In this document: piece by piece, positions 11,716 to 23,050 of the stretch
Position numbering within the stretch: the first letter of the stretch is position 1
How the letters are laid out: each line of letters opens with the position of its first letter
Position numbers and translations under genes: made by a program
The notes under the pieces: generated by a model
Databases searched by the model: none
Told to the model about the DNA's origin: nothing
The model's input: the letters and a program-made list of their open reading frames with translations, nothing else
Assembly (NCBI GenBank): GCA_028534125.1
Contig: CM052817.1
Coordinates: 95,730,001 to 95,794,000 of the forward strand
Origin: Lama glama
Taxonomy: Eukaryota
Length of the DNA stretch: 64,000 bases
Reading direction: 5' to 3'

Positions 11716-12129
11716 CATGACAAACTGAATTTTGCCCACCCAAAATGTGTATGTTGAAGCCTTAACACCTAATGTGATGATATTTGGGGATGGCACCTTT
11801 GGGAGTTAATTAGGTTTACGTAAGTTCATGAGGGTGGGGTACTCTTGGCAGGATTAGTGCCCTTATAAGAAGAAACACCAAAAACCTCTTATTTTCTCTG
11901 TCTCTCTGTCTCTCTCTCTCTTTCCCTCTCCTTCTCAGGAAAGGCTGTGTAAGGACACAGCAAGATGACAGCCATCTGCAAGCCAAGAAGAGAGTCCTCA
12001 CCAGGAGCTGAGTCTGCTGGCATCCTCACCCCAGATCTCCAGGCTCTGGAGTGTGAGACAATAAATGTCTGTCATTTAAGCCGGCTAGTCTGTGGTATTT
12101 TGTTATGGCAGCCCAAGCAGACTAACATA
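11716..12129 (+). mobile_element. MaLR solo LTR (MLT1A-like)
   Basis: TATGTTGAAGCCTTAAC..AATGTGATG..ATTAGTGCCCTTATAAGAAGA..GCCATCTGCAAGCCAAG..AATAAATGTCTG..TGTTATGGCAGCCCAAGCAGACTAA. Confidence 0.88.
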
Positions 12130-13510
12130 GTAGATGAAAACAAACAAACAATCAAACAAACAAACAAGCTGAAGTATTTGCCCAAAGGAAAGTCGTGGCC
12201 CTCCACAAACTAGGACCATCTCAATTCCATACTCTGAATAAATTCAGGGTAAGCTAAGCAAAACTGCCAAGTGGTGATGTTTTTCTCCAGGACTCAATCG
12301 TTGCATCTCCTCTGTCCTTTCGCCTGCCCGCACTTCCACATGTTTGCTGCCTGTTTGCCCTCTCAGAAGGGCTGCTTTTAGCACCCAGCAATACCCACCA
12401 TGCTGCCCATCAAATCTCCCTCTCCAGATAGGTGGTAGGTCTTCCTTCATTCAAACTATAACTGCTCCTCCCCACCCCCACCATCTCCCAGGGCCTCTTC
12501 GTGCTTTTGTACCTCAAAAAAAGACAGCCAATGGGATAATGAGAGCTGTTCAGTTTTTTTTCCTTCTTTATTGTTCATATTTTTGAAATATATTGCTATA
12601 ATCAACATGTTTTTGAACTTAAAATAAAAAAATTTCTAAAGAGTAAGTACATTAGCTACTCTATGCCAGTGTCTTCAGCAGCACAAATAGCTAGTTCCCG
12701 TGTTTTATTCCAATAGGGATACACAAAAAGGAGCCCCAAAGTACAAGATCTCACAGAATAAACATGGCTGTCTTTCTGGAATGCTCCTTTCACTCAAATA
12801 TTTGCTGGCGAAAAGTTATGCAATTTAACTTTTGAATAATTTAAAACATACTTTTATTAAGATATGTTTGGATATACCAGGTACCTTGGTTTTTCTTGTG
12901 GAAAATGAAGATAATGACGGCATTGTCCTTTTCCTGAGAGATTGGCATAGGATTTAAACAAATCCTGTGCGGGAAGCCCTAAGCACAGTAACAGTTCTTG
13001 ATGGCACAGACCATGCTATGAGGTCCAAACTCTAAGTGCATTTTCAGTCAAAATGCAAGGTCTCAAAGAAATTTTCCCCGGAAGCCTCTTCAGGCTCTAT
13101 CCCTAGATTCCCAGAGGATGAGTTTTCATTTTCTTTGGCTACTAGAGGAAAAGTTTGAATATATTACCTCTGCTTGCTACATTCTCCGCGCTTTATCCCA
13201 GAGCAGTGACTTTAATAGCAGGAATTTTAGGCATTGTGGCATTCATTCAGTTATAAATTTCACTTATAAAACATTTATTGGGGTTTTCATGATTTGATTT
13301 GTTTTAAACCAATCTGTTCTCCCTCTTCACCCCTACTGTTGTGCCTGAAACAAAATAAATGACCCACTATTATTTGGCATTCATCTGACATAAATCATAA
13401 CCCACACTGGATTACTTTCAGGTCTACATTAGTGTCTTATGGAAGAGTGTAGTTCTGATCGAGGAGCACCCTTTCCTTTTTAGCACCGTCTAAAACAGAC
13501 AAGCCAAATT

Positions 13511-13569
13511 AAATATATATATATATGTATTTATATATATATATGTATGTATGCATATATATATATATA
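13511..13569. repeat. Imperfect (TA)n/(TATG) microsatellite
   Basis: Directly visible. Confidence 0.9.
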
Positions 13570-15034
13570 AAACATCGAAAACCTGGACTTTCTCTGGATT
13601 CAGAAAAGGAACCTTATACCAGAAAGCCATACCAAACCCAAACAAACAAAGCCCACATATACAAATTTTGATAATGTTTAACCAGCCCTTCGGTTGGAGT
13701 CTCACCCTTGAAAGGACTAAAGTCACAAGACAAGTCCAGTTGTCTCTATGTGCTTCGAATGAATGAATGCTATTTCAAGTACCTGTGTCACTCTGGTAGT
13801 TACTATGCTGGACAACACATTCAAGTAGTTTTCTGGATTCTGGAAACTGCAGCTTGAATGAATTTGAATTTCCACTGAGAATTAACCTGCGGTTGAAAAA
13901 GACCCAGCAGGGAGCTTTCTGGTTCCTCCGTGGACTTTGCTGTCTGGGAGCTGGGTCCGTCAGAAACCAGATGAGGCTAAACAGGGAAAGACATTGAACA
14001 ATGCTAAAAACAAAACTTCTTTATTCTCTAAACCTTGCCGCCACCTTTCCTGGCACTTTCATGACTGAGAGGTAAAGGTAGTCTTGCAAGTTAAAAAGTT
14101 ACAGTTTCCAACAGAGCTCCTCCTCCCCTTCGGTATCAACAAAATCAATCACCCTCCGTTCTGTAAAACCCTCCCTAACCCGAGAATACAGCGACTTTTT
14201 AACATTATTTCTAATTTGCTATTTGCCCATCCAGGAGAATGTAATCAAAAGTGACTTTCTAAAGACGCTCTGACAAAATCCGTGAGCCCTTTTGACCTCA
14301 CAGACTTTAAGGCATCCCAGCTTATTGCCTCCTAAGAAGGCAGGCGGAAAAGAGGCTTCCTTGCACACACAGCCAGCTTTGCAAAGGACCTGGAAGGGTC
14401 TGGGGGTTCCCAGCTGGCTGGCTCAGGCTCCAGTTCCACTAGGTCGTGTTAAATGTGAGTGCGCACACATAGAGAAGGAGGTGCCCTCAGTTGTCTCAAC
14501 AGGATGAGGGACAGCACGGAGGTGATGCAGCAGGTGGCCCATGCTTTTGCTTAAGAGCTTTAATTATCACTAGTGTTAGCAAATGAGCAGCTACGAGCAG
14601 TGTCATAAACTTTATGGGTTCACAACACAGGGTGACAAACCCTTCTTGAAATATTGGCTGTGGCTGAGGGAACCCCTGAATGTTCTGGGTAAGGACACGA
14701 GGCAGGCGAGTCAGCAAGGAAGGTCATTTGTCTCTCAGCCAAAGTCCATCCCGGGTCAAAGCCTTATGACTTATTATTCACTACAATGACAACAATACTC
14801 GTTTTTATGGCATTGGAATATTGCAAAGTGCTTCAGCATTGTCCTAAGTTATTTGACCCCACAAGGAAGTAGGTAGAGGTCAGAAGGAAAACACCAAGTT
14901 TTGGCACAGCGGAGACTGAGCTCAGAGATTCAGGTGGAGTTGGTTGCCTGTAAGAAGTCATTCATTTCCACTGCTGAAAAATTAAAAAGTCAGTAGGAGC
15001 TGTTCCCTTGAAATGGTCAGAAATGTTAAGTGTT

Positions 15035-15393
15035 GCTATATATAAAATTAGATTAAAAAAAAAGTTTCTTCTGTATAGCACAGGGAACTATGTTCAATAT
15101 CTTGTAATAATCTTCAATGAAAAAGAATATGAAAACAAATATATGCATGCATATGCATGACTGGGACACTGTGCTGTACACCAGAAATTGACACATTGTA
15201 ACCGACTGTACTTCAATAAAAAAAAGTTAATAAAAAAAAAGTTTCTACTGTAGAGCATGGGGACTCTATTCAATATCTTATAGTAACCTATAATGAAAAA
15301 GTATATGAAAAAGAATATATGTGTGTCCATGTATGACTGAAGCATTATGCTGTACACCAGAAACTGACACAATATTGTAAACTGATTAATTAA
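15035..15393 (+). mobile_element. Two tandem 5'-truncated L1 3' ends (artiodactyl/camelid-type)
   Basis: CTGTATAGCACAGGGAACTAT..CAATATCTTGTAATAA..GCTGTACACCAGAAATTGACACATTGTAA..CTTCAATAAAAAA, followed by a second, more diverged copy. Confidence 0.85.
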
Positions 15394-15519
15394 ATATGTT
15401 CAGTGTTCCCATTACAGACTTCAACAAAGTGTCAAAAATTCTGGGCCCTGGAGTTTTTTCTTTCCTCCTCCTTTTCCTTTTAACCACATGCTCCTCAGCT
15501 CCCAACTTCAAGCCAGGTC

Positions 15520-16256
15520 CTGAGGCTCTCCTGGACCCATCCCCTAGCCTACCTCTCTGAACTCACGTTCACCCCTCCTCCCTCTGCTCTGACTTGTCTG
15601 GTCACCTAGCTCTTCTTCCAAAAGTCCATTTCTTTCCTGCTTCAGAGCTCAAGGCTGCAGCATAATTCTTGTGGGCAAGTTCTTTCACTTAAAAAAAATT
15701 CAAATTATATCTTATGACTGTGTTGGTATAAAGAGGGATATTTGAATGCTGTATATCATAACATTTCCTTTGATCTGAAAGTGTTTTTTTTCTTCTGATT
15801 TTAAAAGAAGTTAACACATTTTCATGGGCCCCTAAAAGTATCGTGGTCCTGTGTCTATCGGGCCTGAGGGTGAAGTCGGGCCTGTCAAGATCTTTGCATT
15901 TACTGTTCTTGAAATTTCAGCTCGAAACGTCCTTCTCCCACGTAATCACACAGCATATAACCTCAATTGCATCCGTGTTTCTGCAAAAACGGTAGTTTTT
16001 GAGAGAGACTCTCTCTAATTACCTTATCTAAAACGGACCCCACACGTCAACTCCTGCCAATCACTTCTGTCCCTCAACCCTGCTCTGCTTTTCTTGTAAG
16101 CATCTGACATATTAGATATTTAAGTTCTGCTTGTTTGTGGTCTGTCTCTCCTACTGGAATATAAGTTGTGTGACACCAGGTACTCTGTCCCCAGGGCCCA
16201 GCACAGTGCCAGGCACACAGCTGATGCACATTAATGTTCGTTCATGCTGAATGAAT
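15520..16256 (+). mobile_element. L2 3' region remnant, interrupted by a DNA transposon
   Basis: Pyrimidine-rich L2 3' UTR features ending CCAGCACAGTGCCAGGCACACAG..TGAATGAAT. Confidence 0.65.
15650..15884. mobile_element. hAT-Tip100-class MITE (MER45R-like)
   Basis: Terminal segment TTTTCATGGGCCCCTAAAAGTATCGTGG...AAGTCGGGCCTG resembles Tip100-family ends. Confidence 0.55.
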
Positions 16257-16569
16257 TTGTACCTTCTTCATTGCCAACCCCTCATTGTCCCATACAGGAA
16301 GAAAAAGAAAAAGTGAGCATGAAAGATGAAGGAAAATGCTTTCTCCAATCAAATATCCGCCCTTATGGAAGATCTTGGAGAAGCTGTAGACAGGCTGGGA
16401 GTTCCCAGGTCTCCCAGCCAGGCCCCTGGCTCTGGGCTTTCTTTCCATCACCTTGTACGTTTCCCTAGCCTGATGCACACCACCTGATTCTGTAATTCTG
16501 CATGGTTGCTGAAGCTGAGGTTTTGCATCCCTTATGCCGCCGCCTTCTTTTTCTCCTCCTCCTCCTTCA

Positions 16570-17740
16570 ATTATATTTTATTGTGTTGGAATACTTAACA
16601 TGAGATCTACCCTTTTAACAAACTTTTAAGTGTATAATACTGTATTGTTAATTTTAGGTACAATGTTGTACAGCGAGCCTCTAGAACTTACTCATCTTTC
16701 TTAACTGAAACTTTATACCTACTGATTAGTAATTCCCTATTTCTCCCCTCCTCCTTCTCCCAGATTCTGGCAACCCGCATTCCACCATCCAGGCATTTGC
16801 CTATTTTAGACACCTCATGTAAGTAGAATCATGCAATATCTGTCCTTCTGTGACTGGCTTATTTCACTCAGCACAACAGCCTCAAGGTTCAACCATGTTG
16901 TTGCATATTGCAGAAGTTCCCTCTCTTTTTTTTTTTAAGACTGAATAGCATTCCATTGTAGGTTTATACCATATTTTCTCTATACATTCATCTGATGATA
17001 AACATGTTGTTTGCTCCCATGTCTTGGCTACTGTGCAATAAACATGAGTGTGTGAAAGTACCTCTTTGAGATCCTGTTTTCAATTCTTTTGGATATATAC
17101 CCGAAAGTGGGATTGCTGGATCATACGGTAGTACTGTTTTTAATCATTTGAGGAAATATCATACTATTTGCCATCTTGGCAGCACCACAGTACAATCCCA
17201 CCACCAGCGTGCAAGGGTTCCAGTTCCTCTACATCCTTGCCAACACTGTCATCTTTCGCTTTTCTTTCTTTTTTTTTTTTTTTGATAATAGCCATCCTGA
17301 CAGGTGTGAGGTGATGTCTCACGGTCGTTTTGATTTGCGTTTCCCTGATAATGGAGGACATTGAGAATCTTTCCATATACTTGGTGGCCATTTGTGTGTC
17401 TTCCTGGAGAAACGTCTGTTTAAGTCTTTAGCCTACTTTTTATTTCTGTTATTAGTTTGTTTTAAGATATATATTAACATTTTTTATTTATTTTTTTTTA
17501 GGGAGGAAGTAATTAGGTTTACTTATTTAGTTTTAGAGGAGGTACCAGGACCTCATGCATGCTAAGCATGTGCTCTACCACTTGAGCTATACCCTCCCCC
17601 TTAGTTTTTTTTTTTTAAACCACTGAGTTATAGGAGTTCTTTATATATTTTGGGCATTAATCCCTTACTAGACAGCCGGAAAACGTTTCTCCCATTCCAT
17701 GAGTTGCCTTTTCACTTTGTTGCGGCTTCCTTCGCCGTGC
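16570..17740 (-). mobile_element. L1MA-type LINE-1, 3' UTR plus ORF2 C-terminus
   Basis: ORF-track peptide 17164-17391 (IIRETQIKTTVRHHLTPVRMAIIKK..VGKDVEELEPL) is the L1 ORF2 cysteine-rich C-terminal region. A typical 3' UTR follows toward lower coordinates. Confidence 0.92.
17466..17600 (-). mobile_element. Vic-1 SINE nested in L1, B-box region deleted
   Basis: Reverse complement of GGGGGAGGGTATAGCTCAAGTGGTAGAGCACATGCTTAGCATGCATGAGGTCCTGG|TACCTCC, lacking GTTCAATCCCC. Contains the CCTAATTAC motif. Confidence 0.88.
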
Positions 17741-19074
17741 ACCTCATGATTTCTAAGAGCAGGTACTGAGTACTCAACCAATTGTTGCTGAATCGAAAGT
17801 GAATGAACAGGAAGAAGTTACAGAAGATCCTGTGAAAGTGGAAAGAGCTTATGCTTCAACATTGGCTTGCACAGAACTAATGAGCATGGCTTCAACAAAA
17901 CGCAGACATTTGTTGGTGGGTGCAAGAGAACCAGTTTTGCGTGCAGAAAAGAGCTTATAAATATAGCAGGTATTGAGATATAGGTCTCTGGAATGATGTT
18001 TGGAGTAGCAGGTGTAACTCTTTTGACTGCAAAATTTTCTCTTAAAGAAAAAAGGAGATTTAATGGCTCTTGGAAAAGTCCAGGGATAGGTTTACCCCCG
18101 GCTTGTCAGATGCCGAGCTCTGCCAGCTCACTGGGCTGTGTTGCTTTCTTTCTCTTCCCAGCCCCTCCTCCCGCTGGAGTGGTTTCCTCTCAGGCATTGT
18201 AGCAAAATGGAGGCACTGCTCCAACCTCTTTGTCCTCTCAAATCCAGCATGGGAAGTAAGAGGGTCTCTTTCTCAGAAGTTATCCGTGAGGTTTCTTTGT
18301 ATTTCATTGCCTTTGACTTGGCTGTTAACTTACATTTGGCCAGTCAGGGTGCCTCAGAAGAGCGTGCTGATGCGCTGGGGCCTGGTCACCTCGTCCATCA
18401 GATGACTGGTGGTGTGGGGTGGGCGGTGGGAGCGTCCCTGACCGCAGGGAGCAGGGGTGAGTAGACAGGGCTTCTCAAACCACAGTTACAGGAAGTAAGG
18501 TGCATGGATGCTGAGTGGCCAAAAAACAAATGTCCACTACTCTTGGCTCCAGAAAGAAAGCATAATGGATTGGTTTGGCATCAGAGGCCCTGACTTGAAC
18601 TAAGAGGTTGCGGGGAAGTATGTGAAGTACTGGATTCCCCAGGGACAATGAGAAAAGATCATTAGTGAACATGGAGGAAAATGAGATTCCTTTCCTCACG
18701 ATTCCTGGGTCCTGTTATGAAAGCGATTCCTATGATCTAAGGAATGAAGAGGGGGAGGTTCATTTTATTGAAACATTAGGAAAAAAAAAAGTCACAAGAC
18801 ATTAATGTTGTTTTAACCGAGCTTTGGCCTTGAGACTTGGGTGTGGGTGTGGGTGAGGAGTGAATTACCATTCTTCAGGAAAAGGAAAGACTCCTTCCCC
18901 TGGGGGGAAACCGCTGTATAGAGGAGTAGGTGGTTTTTCTATAGCTGCTTCTGACCGGATTGTCTTAAGTAAGTCATTTCTCTGCCTCAAAGAAATTGGG
19001 TCAATGCCCAGTAACATTCTGCCTAGGCTTAAGTGTTAGGCAAGAAATCTCAGTACATGGCTTATTTTACTTTA

Positions 19075-19592
19075 ACTAGCTAATTAATTAATTGAAGTTA
19101 AAGTATAGCTGATTTGCAATGTTTCAGGTGTACGGCAAAGTGATTCAGTTATATATGTATATACATGTACAGATTTTCAGATTCTTTTTTATGTATGTTA
19201 TTACAAGATATTGAATATAGTTCCTTATGCTATACAGTAGGTCCTTGTTGTTTATCTATTTTATATATAGTAACATGTATCTGTTAATCACAAATTCCTG
19301 ATTTATCCCTCCCCCCCAACCCTTTTCCCCTTTGGTAACCATTAATTTGTTTTTCTATATCTGTGAGTCTATTTCTATTTTGTAAATAAGTTCATTTGTA
19401 TCCTTTTTTGAGATTCCACATACAAGTGATATCTTATGGTATTTGACAGAGAAAACTGTCTGACTTACTTCACTTAGTATGATCATCTCTAGGTCCATCC
19501 ATGTTGCTGCATATGCCATTATTTCATTCTTTTTTATGGCTGAGTAGTATTCTATTGTATATGTATACATACCACATCTTCCTTATCCAGTT
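19075..19592 (-). mobile_element. L1 3' end (artiodactyl-type)
   Basis: ORF-track peptide YTIEYYSAIKKNEIMAYAATWMDLEMIILSEVSQ is the canonical L1 ORF2 terminus. 3' UTR to ~19075. Confidence 0.92.
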
Positions 19593-21316
19593 AGATGTCT
19601 TGTTTTAAAAATGTTTTATTCTATTTAGTACAGAGAGGAGACGGATGCTCACCTAGACCCCCTGATAACCACAGCCCATTCACAAGAGCAAATCTGCCTT
19701 CCTCCAGGCTTATGGTGTTGGGGTCAGAGGAGAGAGAATGCTCATGTTTCTGGAAAGCCCATCAAATCATAGGCTGCACAGAACTGAGAGGTCTGCTCAC
19801 CTCTCTGCCAGAACGCCACTAAAGACTTGGAACGGACAGACGCTTCCCTGTTTTGTTGGGGTCGAACAGAGTGAATGGTTGTTTCCACTGAGTAACAAGT
19901 TCCATTGAGCCATAATTGATATATTTTCCCTCTTTCAAGGAAAAAGAAAGACACAAAATAAATAAGAAAACATTTAATTCAATTATGGAGATTGCAACCA
20001 CCCTATTTCATTGCTATTCTTTTTTTTTCCTCATGAAAAAGAAAAGTGTACTTTCTGTTCCAAACTTAAAGCATTGTAAAAGCAACAAAAACTAAACTTC
20101 AGTATGTGTGTTCCTTTCAGAGAGGCAGGTGGGGTGCCAGGCTAGGAGCCGTGCTTGCTGCTGAACTATCTCACAGAGCAAGAGAGCTGCACGTGTGTAA
20201 AATATTCTGCAATCGTTTGGCTCAAGGTGTGTAACCAACACCAAAAAAACCTTTGAAATGACACATGTTCTGTTTCGTTGCAAAATGTCTCACTTCTTAT
20301 GCCTCCTTCCTTCACTTAAAACTGAGAGAGCTCGCATCTTTAATGCCTCGACTAGATTTATACACTAAATACTAATTTCTTCCTCGGGAGGAAAATGGTT
20401 TTTGGAATTTAAGACATGGACTTTATAGTCTGTTATGATGACATGAGCTTCCGTTATTAAGCTCTGTGAGTCTCCTCTGAGACAAACCTTCCTTGTCTTT
20501 CCTTTTCCTCCCTGCCCCCAATCTTCCCCAGCCCCCTACTCTCAACATCTACCTAAAGGAAGCTACGGAGACAAAGTGATGGCTCCAAACTCAGAAGCAA
20601 CAGGATGTAAAATCTTGACACCCATCTGGATCGGCTAACATCCACCATCTCTTCCCGTCTTGAGTGAATGAACACAAGAAAGAGCAACATTCCATCCTAC
20701 CTGCTGATGTTCAGCTTCCTCCATCCTGATATCCCTCTAGGACTGCCCTAGATGTCACTCTCCCAGCAAATCTCTATTCCCATCTCCATTAGCAGGACTT
20801 CAATATGACTGTTAACCCAACGGCATCCTTCTACCATCTGCCTTTTGCCTTGGGGGAATCCCTTTATCTTGTTTACATTTTTAATTTGGTCCCTTATTTC
20901 ATCAATTTAACCGAAACCTGGATTTCTGCCATGATGCAATTCTCTTACCAAATTTCTCCAACTGAAGCCACTCTTCTTGCTCATGGGCTGGGAGGAGGGG
21001 ATCCCCTCCCTGAACTCTGTTAATTTGGAGTTAGCAGTTCCACTGCCTTCTCTTCTGAAGTCAACCATTCATCTGTACCAGCCTCTCTTCTCCCTTAGAG
21101 AAAACTTACATCGTCCCCAGTGATTTCAGATCTGTGGTCCATGGAATGTCAACATTCATTGGTACTCTGGTATTCACGTGAATGAATACACAACCCTTTA
21201 GTTTCTTGAATTTTAGGCTCTGGGAACAATAATCTCCACTTTACTAGGCTACTGGTATAGCCTCACCTTAACCTTGGACTTCATTGTCATTTAGAATGTT
21301 CCTTTCTAAGTCATCG

Positions 21317-21766
21317 TGATAGCTAGCCTCCAAAAATGGCTCCTAATAAGTTTCTTCACCCTGCACATTCAGGCCTCTCTACACATTCAGAAATATAATT
21401 TATTTCTCCTCCCCTAGAATCTAAGTTGGCATTGACACTTGTTTTGGTCAATGGAGTGTGGCAGAAGTGATATCTGTGACTTCTAAACTCAGGCCTTAAG
21501 ACAACTGGCAGCATCTACTTCCTCCCTTTGAGGAATAACAAGGAGTCTGGTCACTCTGAGACAACCATGCCGTGGGGAAGCTCAGGCTAGCCCTGTGAAA
21601 GCGCACGTGGATGCAGAGAGGCCCCGTCAGTGCCCAGCTCTTCCAGTCATCCCAGCTCTGGCTCCAGACATGTCCACGAAGAAACCTCTTTGGAGGTTCC
21701 CCAACCCAAATTGTGGAAGTGTGAGAAATAATACATTGTTGTGGTTTAAAGCCACTAAATGTGGGT
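21317..21766 (+). mobile_element. MaLR LTR (older MLT1 subfamily)
   Basis: CCTCCAAAAATGGCTCC..TGGCAGAAGTGA..GTGAGAAATAATA..TGTTGTGGTTTAAAGCCACTAAAT. Confidence 0.75.
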
Positions 21767-21930
21767 GTGTTAAAAAAATAAAATTCAACCGAGTAAAATT
21801 TAAAGCTTTATTAATTTATTTATTTTTTAACAAATCATGGCTTGGGCAGCATCCCATCTAGCAAGTAGAGAAGAGGTCCAAAGGGCCACAGAAAGGGAGA
21901 GGTCTTTAAAGGCAAAACAAAGAAGTCATC
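21767..21930 (-). mobile_element. ERV1-class LTR fragment inserted at the MLT1 3' end
   Basis: Begins TGTTAAAAAAATAAAATTCAAC..CTTTATT, typical of a reverse-oriented ERV1 LTR end. The right boundary is uncertain. Confidence 0.45.
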
Positions 21931-22461
21931 AACAAAAAAGATAACTTCGCTGGCACCAGTGACCCCTTCGGGATCAGAAGTGGAAGACTTCTGGCTTCAG
22001 TTTTAGAGGATGGCTCTGGCTGTTGTCCTCACTACCTGCTAATTTCTGCCTTTGCTGTGCTCACTGAATGACCTTCTCAACAGTTCTAGTCACCAAATCC
22101 AGCAGGCTCCTCTCGGGTCTTGTCCTCCTCTATGTTCTCTTAGCATTTGATTCTGCTGGTTGCCCTCCCCTTTCTGAAATTCTCCTTTCCTGTGGCTGTT
22201 ATAATACTCAGGGGTTTGGGGGTTTGGTTTTGGTTGTTGAAACCACACTTCACTTTGTGTGCTCATTTGTATACATACCATCCTTCCCCCTTGAGAGCAA
22301 GCCTCCCAAAGCAGAGACGCAGGATGTTCATCTTTGTGTGCCAGGCCTGGTGTGGTGCTCTGGACTTCAGCAGGGGCTCAGTCAATGTTACTGAGTGAAT
22401 CTGAAACACAGTAATAAAAGTCAGTGTATGAGAAACACCCCAGGAGGGGCACAGAGCTGGT

Positions 22462-22603
22462 TAGAGTGACCCCTTTAAATCTAACCATTTTGAACTTCAT
22501 AGGAAAGTTAAAAATAGTGACCCATCGTCCCTGAATGCCCAAGTGTCGAACTTTCAGTGCTAAAACCGGGAGCCCAGGAAAACCAAGATGGTTGGTCAAC
22601 CTA
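22462..22603 (+). mobile_element. MER81-like hAT-Blackjack MITE carrying a 50-bp foreign insert
   Basis: TIRs TAGAGTGACC...GGTCAACCTA and internal ACTTTCAGTGCTAAAACCGGGA..CCCAGGAAAACC matching MER81 as recalled. Confidence 0.8.
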
Positions 22604-22844
22604 GTGCTTCCCAGCCTTGCTCAAGTCATGGAGCATGGAAAACGGTTATGTTTTTAAAGCATCATGGAGCTGGTGGGTGAAGCCAGCCTTGGCAGGAGAT
22701 GGACTGGGAACCCTCAAGTCCTCCCCCTAGGAGGGCCACAGGGATTAACCAGCTGGGCACTCCTCCAGCCAGGCTGGGAAAGTGTGGGTGCCCTCACCAC
22801 CTGGGTAGCCCTGCTAACAGAAATTTCCAAGAAGAGACAAGTGG

Positions 22845-23050
22845 CTAGCATAATGGGCCTGAAATTGGAAGGCTTGCCTTTGCATCCTCAGTCTGCCTCT
22901 CATCTCTTATGGGAGCGTGGGCGAGTCTCCTCACCTCTCAGAGATCTGAAAAAACCATTGAGAAAACCATAATACCTATCTTTTAGATTGTGAGGAGTTA
23001 AAGGAAATTATGTACGCAAGAACACTTTGTATACTGAAAATGCCCTACGA
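22845..23050 (+). mobile_element. MIR SINE remnant
   Basis: Degenerate core and tail: ATAATACCTATC..GATTGTGAGGAGTTAAAGG..TATGTA. Confidence 0.55.

Larger units (their letters stand above)
20800..22400 (+). mobile_element. Fragmented L2 (endonuclease and RT remnants plus 3' end), interrupted by LTRs
   Basis: LTETW endonuclease motif (ORF 20805), a degenerate RT motif VTKS..LVLL..AFDS (ORF 22068) and an L2 3' end ending TGAGTGAAT at ~22400. Confidence 0.65.
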
